A DNA stretch of 64,000 nucleotides from a virus (IMGVR_UViG_3300003375_000001:1-64000), one strand, 5' to 3'; shown: positions 35,461 through 46,317, counted from the stretch's first letter. Numbers and translations are program-made. Notes: generated by a model from the letters alone, not told the origin.

Positions 35461-36975
35461 ATGTCCACACTAGCTGTAGCTAATATCTCGGGGTTGAACA
35501 TAGGTTCTCCCGTTAACTTCTTTGTGTCGCCTATAATGCCGACACCGACTATCGGAGACAGTTCTAACAAAGCCGCAACAACTAGCTTTGTTATGTCAGC
35601 GGTCACCGCTTTGTCAACCAGCTTCTCTTTTAATCTGGGTTCTACTCTGGTACTTGCTAACACGACGGTATCAGAATTGTCTTCTTTGTCAATTGACAAC
35701 TCACCTATAGGGTCCATTACACCGTCGTCCGGTAACTTTACCGGACTGTACGGCACAGTAAACGCAGGTTCCTACTTGGTCTCCCGCTATCGTGCTTTTC
35801 TCCAGGCCGGTACGGTATCTGCACCCGGTATAGCCTTTGGCGACGAAATAGCTCTTGGAAATACGGGGTTGTTCGAACCCGTAGCCAACGCTATCGGCGT
35901 AGCAAACAACGGAGTAGAGACATTCAGATTCGTTGCAGGTGGTCCGCCACAAGTTATAGCCGCTATTCCCGCTAACGATAACTCTACAAACGTTGCATCT
36001 ACGGCCTTTGTTCAGACCACTGCGTCAACATCTAACTTTATCAACGGTTCGCACCGTGATCTTGTTATTTATTCCGACGGAGCATCTAACAGCGTCTACG
36101 TCTCGGCTAAGGACATAGTTCTTAAGTCATCGACCGGCGCATACCTCGCTGCACGCAACTTCTCCACTATACTTGACCTCAGCACTGTAGGCTTAAATGG
36201 TCGAGACTCTGGGTCACTGACTACGGGCACCCTGTATTCCTTGTGGGTCATGTCTAACGGAACAACGTTCGGTGTTGTAGGAACACCTACACGCAGTTCT
36301 ACTGGTGTGTTTACACTAGGCTCTCGCGTTATAGCCAGCGTTGGTGACACGACAGGTATGTCTGTTGGTACAGTTATAAACTCTTACGTGGCTTCCAATC
36401 TTCTGCCTCCCGGTACGTTTATAACCAACATAGCTGGTACCAACATAACTGTAAGCAACCCCTGTATTGATCCCTCTGCCGCAGGCTCGGTTAGAACTAT
36501 TGTGTGGGTTCCAGCTCCTACGTTAGCAGGCTATACCTATGCTTGTCGTATTGGTATGCTTTACACAAATGCTACAACTGCGGCCCCCGTCCCCTTCACT
36601 CAGATTGACTCAAGGTTCAACTGGACTATTCGCACAACGTTCTTACCCGCTCTACCTCAGCCAGTTACAGGCACTTCCTCTGGATCAGACGTTACTACAC
36701 CAGCTTGGGCTAACGTTTCCTTGTTGAACTACGTGCCTCCTACAGCAAAGCGTGTCCATCTTACACTGATGACTGGAAGTTCAGGGTGCGCACTTGTGGC
36801 ACCAAGCTCACTGTATGGTGGTTATAACTCTAATAGTGCCCCACCATTCGTAGCTAATGCTACCTACGGTGTCTCAACACCGTTTGACATGCCACTAGAA
36901 TCGTTCAACGTAGCCTACGCGTCTAACGTATCGACAGCTCGCTTATTTGTACGCGGTTGGGAAGATACAATATGA
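35461..36975 (+). CDS. tail fibre protein
   Basis: MSTLAVANI start; DSSNKAATTSFV and DNSTNVASTAFV repeats; Thr/Gly-rich. Confidence 0.8.
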   Translation: MSTLAVANISGLNIGSPVNFFVSPIMPTPTIGDSSNKAATTSFVMSAVTALSTSFSFNLGSTLVLANTTVSELSSLSIDNSPIGSITPSSGNFTGLYGTVNAGSYLVSRYRAFLQAGTVSAPGIAFGDEIALGNTGLFEPVANAIGVANNGVETFRFVAGGPPQVIAAIPANDNSTNVASTAFVQTTASTSNFINGSHRDLVIYSDGASNSVYVSAKDIVLKSSTGAYLAARNFSTILDLSTVGLNGRDSGSLTTGTLYSLWVMSNGTTFGVVGTPTRSSTGVFTLGSRVIASVGDTTGMSVGTVINSYVASNLLPPGTFITNIAGTNITVSNPCIDPSAAGSVRTIVWVPAPTLAGYTYACRIGMLYTNATTAAPVPFTQIDSRFNWTIRTTFLPALPQPVTGTSSGSDVTTPAWANVSLLNYVPPTAKRVHLTLMTGSSGCALVAPSSLYGGYNSNSAPPFVANATYGVSTPFDMPLESFNVAYASNVSTARLFVRGWEDTI

Positions 36976-37024
36976 CCTGTAGAGTATCATCCTACAGTAG
37001 CAACTCAGTTTTGAAAGGGACAGC

Positions 37025-38413
37025 ATGTCTACTTTAACCGTAGCAAACATTGCAGCACTAGGTACGGGGCCATTGAACTTCTTGATCAACGGTATTGGGC
37101 GCCTAACCCTAGACGCTAATGGTCATCTGGTTCAAAGTGCTGTTACAACCAACGTGGCTACCAATCAATACGTTATAAACGTGAATGGTAACAGCTACGC
37201 AGCCTTCTATGACGTTGGCTTGAGTGGGTCTAACGGAGGGCTTGCCATTAGTGGCACAACTGTTGTTGGAACTGTTCCAACTAACGCGACAATGTTCTGG
37301 AACGTTAATACCAATACTGTTGGTATTGGTACGACCAATGCTGTTCAAAAGGTAACTGTTCAAGCTGCGCCAAACCCGAATGGTTTTGACGGCGTCTTCA
37401 TATATAACGGAAACTTGCTACAAAAGGTGATGCTTGGCATCACAGGGTCTACCTATTCCTATTCTGGCATTGGCCCTAACCAGGCCTGGCTATACTCTGG
37501 ATCGAATGACCTTAACATAGGCCCAGACGGTCCAAACGTTATTAAGTTCGTCACGAATGCTAACGAACGTGTTCGCATAACTAGTCAAGGCTACGTAAAC
37601 ATAGGTACAGGCGTTAACAACCCGAATAACAGAGCTTTGTTTGTCGGGGGCGCTATCGGCCTTAGCAATGACGGAACAACTGAAGCGGCTAAATGGTATA
37701 CAGACGGAACGCTCGCGTATTTGGACTCAGGTGGCGTAGGCCAATCATTCTATGCTGGCGGAGTTGAACGCGTTAGAATAGCCTCTAATGGTAACGTTGG
37801 GATTGGGGCAGCGCCAACTGGCGGTCGAAAACTTGAAGTCTATGGAGCGGGCGCCACAGCCTATGACGTGTTGAATATAAGTAACCCTACTGGTGGTGGT
37901 AACCTGTTATTGGGATTGAGCGCCACAGGCACGGGGGCACTATTTTGTCAAGGTGGTGGTAACATCCTGGAAGTAGGCGCACAAGGTCAGGTAATATTCA
38001 CAACAGGCTCAACTGCTGGTGCGTCTACTAAACGTATGGTAATAGATAACTCTGGGAACGTTTTAGTTACCGGAGGCGGCGGTCTTGGTTATGGCACTGG
38101 TTCTGGCGGCACAGTTACTCAAGCGACAAGCAAGTCCACGCCGGTTACCTTGAACACTACAAGTGGTCAGATCATAATGAACAACGCAGCCTTGGCTGCC
38201 AACACCCATGTTCAATTTCAATGCGTTAACTCCACTATTGGCGTGAACGACACCGTATCGGTATCTATAGACTCTACCATGAGCTATGGTTACTACACCA
38301 GTGTCTATACAAAAGCTGGGGGTTTCTACGTTGACTTGTGGAACACGACAGGCGGTTCACTGTCTGAAGCTGTAATCATAAAGTTCAACGTGGTCAGAGG
38401 CTCTATCAACTAA
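37025..38413 (+). CDS. long tail fibre-like protein
   Basis: MSTLTVANI start; repeated ERVRI.S.G.V.IG units; GTGSGGTVTQATSKST C-terminal module. Confidence 0.8.
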   Translation: MSTLTVANIAALGTGPLNFLINGIGRLTLDANGHLVQSAVTTNVATNQYVINVNGNSYAAFYDVGLSGSNGGLAISGTTVVGTVPTNATMFWNVNTNTVGIGTTNAVQKVTVQAAPNPNGFDGVFIYNGNLLQKVMLGITGSTYSYSGIGPNQAWLYSGSNDLNIGPDGPNVIKFVTNANERVRITSQGYVNIGTGVNNPNNRALFVGGAIGLSNDGTTEAAKWYTDGTLAYLDSGGVGQSFYAGGVERVRIASNGNVGIGAAPTGGRKLEVYGAGATAYDVLNISNPTGGGNLLLGLSATGTGALFCQGGGNILEVGAQGQVIFTTGSTAGASTKRMVIDNSGNVLVTGGGGLGYGTGSGGTVTQATSKSTPVTLNTTSGQIIMNNAALAANTHVQFQCVNSTIGVNDTVSVSIDSTMSYGYYTSVYTKAGGFYVDLWNTTGGSLSEAVIIKFNVVRGSIN

Positions 38414-38422
38414 GGACTCATC

Positions 38423-38686
38423 ATGAATTCAATCGACCGTGTTCCACAAATTCCCCAAGACTACGCCAACCATATCGTATACGGCGGCCTACTTGGTCTT
38501 GCCTGTTTACCTTTTATGCGCCCTGAAGTAGCGTGTCTTATGGTCCTCCTCGTAGCCATGGCTAAGAAAGCGGATGACTACTTTGCGGAGAAAGAGACCC
38601 CGTTGATGTGCGTAGGTAAAACTCTGGCAACAGCCGCGATACCTGCAACCCTTCTGCTAGTTAAAAACTTCCACCTCCTGGCGTAA
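38423..38686 (+). CDS. small membrane protein
   Basis: hydrophobic; DY.NH...G...KK.DD pattern; AAGGA RBS. Confidence 0.65.
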   Translation: MNSIDRVPQIPQDYANHIVYGGLLGLACLPFMRPEVACLMVLLVAMAKKADDYFAEKETPLMCVGKTLATAAIPATLLLVKNFHLLA

Positions 38687-38760
38687 TTCAGAGTTTAGAC
38701 TGATAGACAGACTTACAGCGTTCGAAGCTCCTCCTCTTCTAAATAGCTGGATTCTGGTCT

Positions 38761-38805
38761 AGTACCCTACTCAGTGTCAGTCCTGCATAGTAGGTACTTT
38801 TCTCT
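38761..38805 (+). terminator. probable intrinsic terminator
   Basis: AGTACC(C)TACT / AGTAGGTACT stem followed by TTTTCTCT. Confidence 0.55.
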
Positions 38806-38847
38806 GTACTGCGACATTTTTATTCATAACTGCTCAAGGGTTACCAA

Positions 38848-39810
38848 ATGCTAACTCAATCTTTTCTTCCTTTGATGACCTCTGACAATCGAACGTTAGG
38901 CGTTGTTCCTATTGCGACTACAACCTATACTGACGTTATTACCTCAGAGGTGAAGGACACCATTACTACTTACAACGCAGCAGGTTCCCTTAGAAAGACA
39001 GTGGTTAACTCCAATAGTCGAATCGGGCCTGCCGCTTCAGCTTCTTTAGGTAGCCTGACGCTTCAGGCTGCTGGAGGCCGCTTAATAACAACTAAGCCTC
39101 GCCTCGTTACTTCTTATCCTAGTGATGGTGACGTGACAGACGTTATGCGGGCTGCTATGGCTACCCAAGTGATCGGTGCCAACACTTACCGACTACGCAC
39201 GGTAAACTATCATAGGCTGTCTGGTGAAACCTGGCAAGCCGGTAATCAGATGAGTTTTGTAGCTATCGATCTTTCTCCTAAAGAGGAACGTCAGCTATAT
39301 CAAAACAACATGCGTGGCCTGAACCTGATCGCCTTTGATAACAAGTGGATCATGGCGCCTAATACTGCTTTCAAGATCACGTATGTAGGTCAGTTAGCAG
39401 CCTTCTTTGCGCAAGCTGCTCAGATCCAAGCGTCTAATCCCACTCTTACTACGCCGACTGGCAATAACTTCTCTCGTAACTGGGCTGTCAACTCTCCGTT
39501 TAGCAACGTTGGTGCTAGCCAGTTCATTGATATTAACTGGATGGAAGAGCTGCAAGTTAACGCCGCTGCTTTTGCGCCTACTGTAGCTACGTTAGGTGTC
39601 GCCACATCTGACCCCGGATCAGGCCTTAGCCTGCGCGCGTTCCTTGTGCAACAACCACAGCCTATGGACAGTCTGATAGTCAACACAACTGTTCGTATAG
39701 TCAAGATCATTCAAGGTCCAGCCGCGCCTGGTACCTACACTTGGCCTTTGACAGCTACCGATTCGCAAGGTAACTCTGCCACGTTTAATTTTAGTGTTGT
39801 AGTGGTCTAA
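38848..39810 (+). CDS. putative virion structural protein (candidate spike hub)
   Basis: 320 aa, beta-rich, C-terminal Ig-like strand; first gene of the spike operon. Confidence 0.7.
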   Translation: MLTQSFLPLMTSDNRTLGVVPIATTTYTDVITSEVKDTITTYNAAGSLRKTVVNSNSRIGPAASASLGSLTLQAAGGRLITTKPRLVTSYPSDGDVTDVMRAAMATQVIGANTYRLRTVNYHRLSGETWQAGNQMSFVAIDLSPKEERQLYQNNMRGLNLIAFDNKWIMAPNTAFKITYVGQLAAFFAQAAQIQASNPTLTTPTGNNFSRNWAVNSPFSNVGASQFIDINWMEELQVNAAAFAPTVATLGVATSDPGSGLSLRAFLVQQPQPMDSLIVNTTVRIVKIIQGPAAPGTYTWPLTATDSQGNSATFNFSVVVV

Positions 39811-39812
39811 CC

Positions 39813-40061
39813 ATGAGTTCACTCCCTGCTATTACAAGTGCTTGGTTTAGTACCTGTGGTCCTTTGCCACCTATCGATGGTAAGGGTCTTCCAACGTTAG
39901 ACATGTCTAGGGTAAACTTAGACGTAGATAAGACTAAGGTAAGTGAGGACTGCACCAGCCTTCGACAACTGCTAACTCGTTTAGGCCTAGACACACTAGA
40001 CGGTTGTAAGAGAATAGTATCTGACATTTCTTCCATAGACCCTTCATTGTATAACCTCTGA
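39813..40061 (+). CDS. hypothetical protein
   Basis: co-oriented in spike operon. Confidence 0.6.
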   Translation: MSSLPAITSAWFSTCGPLPPIDGKGLPTLDMSRVNLDVDKTKVSEDCTSLRQLLTRLGLDTLDGCKRIVSDISSIDPSLYNL

Positions 40062-40073
40062 TCTGGAACTAAC

Positions 40074-41909
40074 ATGGCTTACATCTATACCAATGACGAC
40101 GCAAGTCGTTTGCTCACTAAGGCCTTGTCCAAGGGCCTTAACCGTATCACTAAACCAACAGTTGACGTTCGCTACGCAATCGTCAATCCAACCAACCCCA
40201 ACGGTGCTAGAACTACTGTTTCTATTACGGTGTCTTTTACCGCACCTAATCCTGTTACTGTAGGTCAAGGTGCTATATGGCTGAACGCTGACCCCAACTC
40301 TTCCAGTTACAGAACCTTCTCAGTCAGTACCGGCGTTTCTTTTATACCCCTAGGCGCTAGTGTTGACACTAGTACTGAAGCTCAGTTTTCCATTCCTAAC
40401 CCCACTCTTACTCCAGCTAGCACAACTTCTATCGGAGGCATTAAGATAGGTAATAATCTTGTCATAGCTCCTGACGGCACAGTTAACGCTAGCACCTTGA
40501 GTTTGCGTTTGGCTACACTGGCTAACACCGCCCGTGGTAACAACGTTTTTGACCGTGGCATGATGGTATCGCCTCCTATCGTTACTACGGATAACTCGGT
40601 AAATCCTGCTAACCCGGTTGCGTATACCTACTACGGCACTACACCCCGCCCTGATATATACGCTGGTATTCGCGGTGTAGACCCCGCGTTCTTCTATAAC
40701 TTCAGTGGCGCCGGTCTGTTGCGGTTTGAGGGGCCTAGAACTGCGGCTAGTACGTGGTCGCTAACCGCTAATGGAGTTCTGCCTTTCTATACAGATGCGC
40801 CTATCGTTCAAGTTGGTTGCGGAGCTTCGACGAATAACTATCGCTTCCGCGTAAACGGTCAGTACATTGACTCGGGTGTTACTAACATTACGCCGTCAAA
40901 CGTAGGTGCTGGATACACAGATGGTCTGTATAACCTTGTAGTAACTAGCACTACGGGTAAAAACGCGTCGGCTACAGCCAGAGTTACAGGCGGCGCTGTG
41001 GTAACAGCTAGCATAATCATCACTAACCCTGGTGAAGACTATGCCTCTGCTCCTACGTTTACCTTGCCTCCTGCTGCAGGTGCAGGTACTACAACCGCGG
41101 TATTCGTAGCTACCGTAGGCTCACTAGGTATAGCTTGCCCTTCGGCTACAGCCGTTACTCTGAACTTTGGCTCGCGCACACTCCGTCTTATCGAAGTTGA
41201 GTTCTTTGCTGACCATGGCTTCTGGAATATCACTGTAGGTCAGGACGATACTATCTACGCGGCGCCTCAGCCTTCTACAAAGATTCTCCTTATTGGCGAT
41301 AGCTTTGTAGGGAATACTATGGCACCAGCAAACTTGGCTGGTCTGTCTTTCCCTGCTGCCTTCCGCGAAATCAGCGGTACTAACGTTATCCCTCAAGGTG
41401 TTGGTGGCTCTGGCTGGCTTACAGGCAACGTATTGTCGAATAGCTGGCGTATCGGAGACGCAGGTCTCATTTCAAACGTTGACGGTGTTGCTATCGCGCT
41501 AGGTATTAACGACACGTCGTTGGCTGGAGTTGGTATTGCTGCTGCTGTAACTAGCACACTAACAGCACTTCGTGCTTTGCCTAATTTGGCTTCAGTGCCT
41601 ATTGTGGTATTTGGTGCGTGGCCCGCTGCTGCTAACTTCAGTGCAAACCTTCTGGCTACGGACGCCGCTATTTCTGCGGGCGTTACCGCTATGAACGATC
41701 CTTTGATCAAGTTTGTTCCTATCAACGTAGCCGGGTCTAACCCTTATGTATGGGGTACTAAGTACTCTGGTCAGAGCACAGGCGTTGCAGGTAACTCATA
41801 CTGGGTAACAGGTACTGATGGCACTCACCCCTCGGTGCCTGGCGCTGAATACCTTGGCAGACGAGCTGTTCCTGACTTCACTAAGGCCATAGTTTCTATG
41901 GGTCGTTGA
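40074..41909 (+). CDS. tail spike 1: shared N-module plus SGNH/GDSL esterase
   Basis: LLIGDSF, GVGGSG, ALGIND, DGTHP blocks. Confidence 0.85.
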   Translation: MAYIYTNDDASRLLTKALSKGLNRITKPTVDVRYAIVNPTNPNGARTTVSITVSFTAPNPVTVGQGAIWLNADPNSSSYRTFSVSTGVSFIPLGASVDTSTEAQFSIPNPTLTPASTTSIGGIKIGNNLVIAPDGTVNASTLSLRLATLANTARGNNVFDRGMMVSPPIVTTDNSVNPANPVAYTYYGTTPRPDIYAGIRGVDPAFFYNFSGAGLLRFEGPRTAASTWSLTANGVLPFYTDAPIVQVGCGASTNNYRFRVNGQYIDSGVTNITPSNVGAGYTDGLYNLVVTSTTGKNASATARVTGGAVVTASIIITNPGEDYASAPTFTLPPAAGAGTTTAVFVATVGSLGIACPSATAVTLNFGSRTLRLIEVEFFADHGFWNITVGQDDTIYAAPQPSTKILLIGDSFVGNTMAPANLAGLSFPAAFREISGTNVIPQGVGGSGWLTGNVLSNSWRIGDAGLISNVDGVAIALGINDTSLAGVGIAAAVTSTLTALRALPNLASVPIVVFGAWPAAANFSANLLATDAAISAGVTAMNDPLIKFVPINVAGSNPYVWGTKYSGQSTGVAGNSYWVTGTDGTHPSVPGAEYLGRRAVPDFTKAIVSMGR

Positions 41910-41914
41910 TAACC

Positions 41915-41946
41915 CTGGAGCGTCAAGACCTCTCTTGACGCTTCAG
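41915..41946 (+). promoter_or_regulatory. 14-bp intergenic stem-loop
   Basis: CTGGAGCGTCAAGA-CCTC-TCTTGACGCTTCAG (one G-U pair); no clear U-tract. Confidence 0.65.
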
Positions 41947-41977
41947 CTCTTGGCCCTCAACATAATAAGGACATCCG

Positions 41978-44272
41978 ATGACTATTTCAGTAGCGTATAA
42001 GATTCAACAAATCTTATCCAGCGCTTATAGCAAGGGTCTCAACCCTGTTCTACGTCCTACCGTGGATGTCTCCTATACTGATTCTGATCCGTCCACGCCT
42101 TTCGGTACCCGTCACACTATACCCGTAACGGTATCTTTTGTTCAACCGGCATCGCCTACAAACGGACAGCGATGGTTGAATCCGTCTAACAGCTTGATGC
42201 AGGTGTACTTAACGGCGTCTACAACGTGGGTTCCCAGCACAGACCTAGGCGTAGCTAACCCCACACCACCTTCTGCTGTGGCAGTAGCCAGCTTAGCCCA
42301 GGTTCAAGGTGGTACCAATGACGTTCTCGCCGTTACGCCTAAGAAGCTAGCCCAACAACTGGGTAGCAACTGGGTAAGCATAGCTGCCTATCTTACTGAT
42401 CTGACTGGTACCATAGATCAACGGGCTCAACTGGTACAGGCTTTTACCGACTGCTGTGCTTCAGGTTACACCCTGGTTATAAATGTACCTGTATACATAG
42501 CTATCGACTATGACTATACACGTCCTATATTTGTAGAGTCCAACTTGAATGTTGTGTTTACGGGTAACGGCAGGTTCATAACCGACAACGCCGGCGTGCC
42601 TTTCTTAAGCATAAACAACTCTTCGAATATAAAATTTAAGGACATGCACATAACATGGCAAGGTCTTAATCGCTTCCCTACTGACACACCATACATAACT
42701 AGCCCTGCCGCCACGTGGGTTCAACAAGCGTTCAACGATATAACGCTCCGTAACTACATGATAAACAACAGAGGCGTAACTATAGCCTCTGGCAGCATGC
42801 CTACTTGGAACCCAGCGGGTATTCAAGCGGTACTTCACATAACAGGGTCTTCAAGTAATATAGAATTTGATGGACTAACCGTTGATGTTCCTTTGGGTAC
42901 TCCTAAGGAACGTTTGTGTCCTTGGGTATCGTGGCTATCTCAGAATGCCAAGACTGGAGTCACTGTTACCACTAATTCCAGCCTGGCACAAGGTGACTTT
43001 GCCCACCCTTCTTACATAAAGTTCCGTCGTGTATACCTGGACGGATTCTACATGGGATTCCAAGGTGAAGGCGATAACATAAGTTTTCACGATGTTACCA
43101 CGGGTCGTTTCTGTGATAACTATCTGTCCGATGGATCGGCTATTAGAACACAGGCACCTCCTCCCCACTTGTTCTATATGCAGTTGAATAACTCCGTTAT
43201 CACAGACGTTAAGGACATTGGCACATTTATTGGTGACAACCTATATAGAGGGAACGGCGGATACATTAACTCTCTCAAACTAGGAGGTAACGACAACGTA
43301 GTTGACGGGTATGTAAGCTTCCGACGTGACGGTATTCTAGACGTCCTTAACTCTTGCAACCGCATCATGTTCCGCAACATGTATTGCGTGGCTAACACCT
43401 CGCTGCATGTGGCTAACAACAACGCTTTCGTAGCCCTTCGCTTACCTAACGGCCCTTACACTGATCTGACCTTCGACAACATAGTTATCATTGATCAAGC
43501 CCCTTACGTTGTTAACGCGCCATTTAGTTCTAATGGCAGTTCGGCCAATGCACGTATCACTCTTAACAACGTTAAAGTACAGGTTAACGACTTCCAAGGA
43601 AGTACAGGTTCTTCTACAGTATATCCAGCTATCTACTTTGCAGGTCAGGGTCATAAAATAGACGTGGACTTCGTTTTACTTGCACACACGTCTACCTCTA
43701 CTAATGTTGGTGTAGCCTGCTTTCTCGGTGCCAACAACCAAAACCTGAAAAACGTAAAGTATAACGCGCGTATCATAGGCTGGCGTGACGTTCATCCAGA
43801 CTACGCTAATATCAAGCCTAGGATACTTGCATATGGTGCTGGTTGCGACGGAGTGTATGTAACCCAGTACGATCAGACCAATGCTGTAATGCAAGTAATG
43901 GAAAACGGCATTGTTACCGAAACGTTCACCGACGCTCAAGACGTTACCCCATTAGCCGGCACAACCCAGATAGTAACAGGTTTGTTAGTGCCCGCAGGTA
44001 TGACAGTGGCAGACTTTCAAGCTAAGGTTATAACTGCTTTCGGTACCACGCAAGGTTTAGCTACGGGGTTCAACGTTGGCTTTACTGGGTCACTCTCTGC
44101 TATAGGATCAGTTGCAGGGATAGCTAGTGGTACTAAAGCTATAGGCAGCCCTGGTACTGCAAGCTCAGGCTCTGATAGGTATGTAGTCTTCTCTGCTCAG
44201 GCTGGGACGTTCGACGGAACAGGCACTATTAAGTTAACCGTCCGTTCTACTTCCAAATATTCTTCCGACTAA
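41978..44272 (+). CDS. tail spike 2: shared N-module plus right-handed beta-helix
   Basis: ASLAQVQGGTNDVLAVTPKKL neck; beta-helix-like periodic strands. Confidence 0.8.
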   Translation: MTISVAYKIQQILSSAYSKGLNPVLRPTVDVSYTDSDPSTPFGTRHTIPVTVSFVQPASPTNGQRWLNPSNSLMQVYLTASTTWVPSTDLGVANPTPPSAVAVASLAQVQGGTNDVLAVTPKKLAQQLGSNWVSIAAYLTDLTGTIDQRAQLVQAFTDCCASGYTLVINVPVYIAIDYDYTRPIFVESNLNVVFTGNGRFITDNAGVPFLSINNSSNIKFKDMHITWQGLNRFPTDTPYITSPAATWVQQAFNDITLRNYMINNRGVTIASGSMPTWNPAGIQAVLHITGSSSNIEFDGLTVDVPLGTPKERLCPWVSWLSQNAKTGVTVTTNSSLAQGDFAHPSYIKFRRVYLDGFYMGFQGEGDNISFHDVTTGRFCDNYLSDGSAIRTQAPPPHLFYMQLNNSVITDVKDIGTFIGDNLYRGNGGYINSLKLGGNDNVVDGYVSFRRDGILDVLNSCNRIMFRNMYCVANTSLHVANNNAFVALRLPNGPYTDLTFDNIVIIDQAPYVVNAPFSSNGSSANARITLNNVKVQVNDFQGSTGSSTVYPAIYFAGQGHKIDVDFVLLAHTSTSTNVGVACFLGANNQNLKNVKYNARIIGWRDVHPDYANIKPRILAYGAGCDGVYVTQYDQTNAVMQVMENGIVTETFTDAQDVTPLAGTTQIVTGLLVPAGMTVADFQAKVITAFGTTQGLATGFNVGFTGSLSAIGSVAGIASGTKAIGSPGTASSGSDRYVVFSAQAGTFDGTGTIKLTVRSTSKYSSD

Positions 44273-44288
44273 CAACTGAAAGATAGAC

Positions 44289-46298
44289 ATGTCAAACTTC
44301 GATCTAGACGACATCAATGGTATCTTGGGCCTAGCCCTGACAAAAGGCTTGAGCCCTACTAAGCCTTCCGTAGACGTTACTTGGGGTATCACAGACCTCA
44401 CTAAGCCTAATGGCGTCAAAAAGAACGTTCTCATCACTTGTGCCTACACTAAGCCGGCCTCAGCACCTGCTGGTCAAATTTGGCTGGACTCAAACGTAAG
44501 CTCCAATACCTACAAGACGTTCTTTGTTGGTAACGGTAGCTATTTCGTGGCTGTGCCTTCACTGACATCGACTACTGCCTATACTAACTCTACTCCTGTC
44601 AACTACCCCTTGACCGCAGTTTCGTTGGGTGGACTCGTGGACGCTAACTCTACCACGTCACTAGGTATAAGCGGATTCGTACCACGTACAGACAATGGTG
44701 CTGATCTCAAATCTGTGTTGTTTGGTGACTCGACCGCCAATCAGACCTTTGTGGGCAATACAGCCCTTACCGGTTCGTTCGTTGTGATCCTGAACGGTAT
44801 TGCTACCGTTACTCTTACTTCTAACCACAATAGTCACGCTGGTGAAGTGATTCAAGTTATCATAACCACAAATTTGGCGGATCAAGTCGCTCAGTCGAAC
44901 TTCAACTACAACACAACAATCCTTTCTACTCCACAGAACAACCAGATCACGTTTGCAACGCAGGGTATTAACGACGGTAGCTACCCTGCTCAGGTTAATG
45001 GCGTCAACTGGTCATTCAACTTCCTCAATTCCATGTCGGATACGTCTTGGATTGCGGGTCTTGAAATGTTCAGCCCACGGCCATCCATCATCGTTGGTTC
45101 TTACGCTGTTGGTGGTTCGCTGTCTAGCAACCTGTTGATTCCTCTGTCAAGAGCTTTTGCTCCTGGCGCCCCGTCCTTTAATCTGGCTTACGTTTCTACT
45201 GGCTACAACAACATCAACACAGCAACTCCAGCAACTAGTGCGGCCGTAGCTCTGACCTCGTCTCTGGCCGCTGTGGACCAAGTTATCTCCGACTTGACCA
45301 CGTTCCTGCTTACTATGGAACAGCACGGTATTCAAGTTCGTGCTTTTATTCCTGCAGGTATCAACACCAATGCTACCGGTATCACGTATCAGCAACAACG
45401 CCTGCAAGCCTTCGCTGAACTGCGTAAGCGCATGTATGCTCTGCAAATCCGCTTCCGTAATCTAGCTTTGATTGACGGTCTGTACAACACTATGGACGTG
45501 ACCGGCTATCTGCAAACAGGCATGGCTACTTTGAATGACGGTCTGCACCCTCAAAACGCGGCCACTATTCAGCACGGTCGTTTGGGTGCCTATCAGTTGA
45601 AGCTAGGTGGTGCGCTGGGTGTTCAAAACACTCAACCTGTCTGCATATTCGATGACACTGCCACGTACCCTGGTGCTACCGAGAACTCAAACGTTCTTAA
45701 GAACGGTATGATGACTGGGTCTGTTGCTCAGACTGCTGGTGCTTTAGGCGCCACGGCGAGCATCGTCGGTGGTAGCACTATGCCAACAGGCTGGACGTTG
45801 GACAATTCTTCGTCCAACTGTGCTATTACTTCAACTGCGCAGCAACCTCTTGTTGCGGGCACCGGTGAAATAATCAACCCCCTGGCAGGCTATGGCCTTA
45901 ATCTTTCCGCGGTGTTCTCGGCTGGCGGTGTTTTGACTGTGAGGTCTTCTGACTTGCACGCCAATATAGAAGCTGGCTTCTGGTATCGCTTGACAGGTCG
46001 TATGGTTGTTACATCTACGGTTAACACGTTCCGTACGTTTAACTTCTTTACGTTTGAGTCCATTGGCGTCGCATGTGCTATCAAACGCGATATGACTGGT
46101 ACTTCTAACCAGCCAGCTACTCTCATTGCTGGCGACGTTATCAACTTAACTGGTGCTCTGTTCTACGTTCCTCCTGGCACCACGTATACAAGCTTCTACA
46201 TGTACTTCCAGTTTGCCATGCAAGCTGCCGGTACGTTGGCATTCCAAATGTCCAACATGAGACTTGAAAAGCTGATCAACAACCCCTTCACCAGCTAA
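44289..46298 (+). CDS. tail spike 3: shared N-module plus SGNH esterase and C-terminal beta-sandwich
   Basis: VLFGDS, AVGGS, GYNN, DGLHP. Confidence 0.8.
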   Translation: MSNFDLDDINGILGLALTKGLSPTKPSVDVTWGITDLTKPNGVKKNVLITCAYTKPASAPAGQIWLDSNVSSNTYKTFFVGNGSYFVAVPSLTSTTAYTNSTPVNYPLTAVSLGGLVDANSTTSLGISGFVPRTDNGADLKSVLFGDSTANQTFVGNTALTGSFVVILNGIATVTLTSNHNSHAGEVIQVIITTNLADQVAQSNFNYNTTILSTPQNNQITFATQGINDGSYPAQVNGVNWSFNFLNSMSDTSWIAGLEMFSPRPSIIVGSYAVGGSLSSNLLIPLSRAFAPGAPSFNLAYVSTGYNNINTATPATSAAVALTSSLAAVDQVISDLTTFLLTMEQHGIQVRAFIPAGINTNATGITYQQQRLQAFAELRKRMYALQIRFRNLALIDGLYNTMDVTGYLQTGMATLNDGLHPQNAATIQHGRLGAYQLKLGGALGVQNTQPVCIFDDTATYPGATENSNVLKNGMMTGSVAQTAGALGATASIVGGSTMPTGWTLDNSSSNCAITSTAQQPLVAGTGEIINPLAGYGLNLSAVFSAGGVLTVRSSDLHANIEAGFWYRLTGRMVVTSTVNTFRTFNFFTFESIGVACAIKRDMTGTSNQPATLIAGDVINLTGALFYVPPGTTYTSFYMYFQFAMQAAGTLAFQMSNMRLEKLINNPFTS

Positions 46299-46317
46299 GC
46301 TAGTTTCTTAACTTTTA

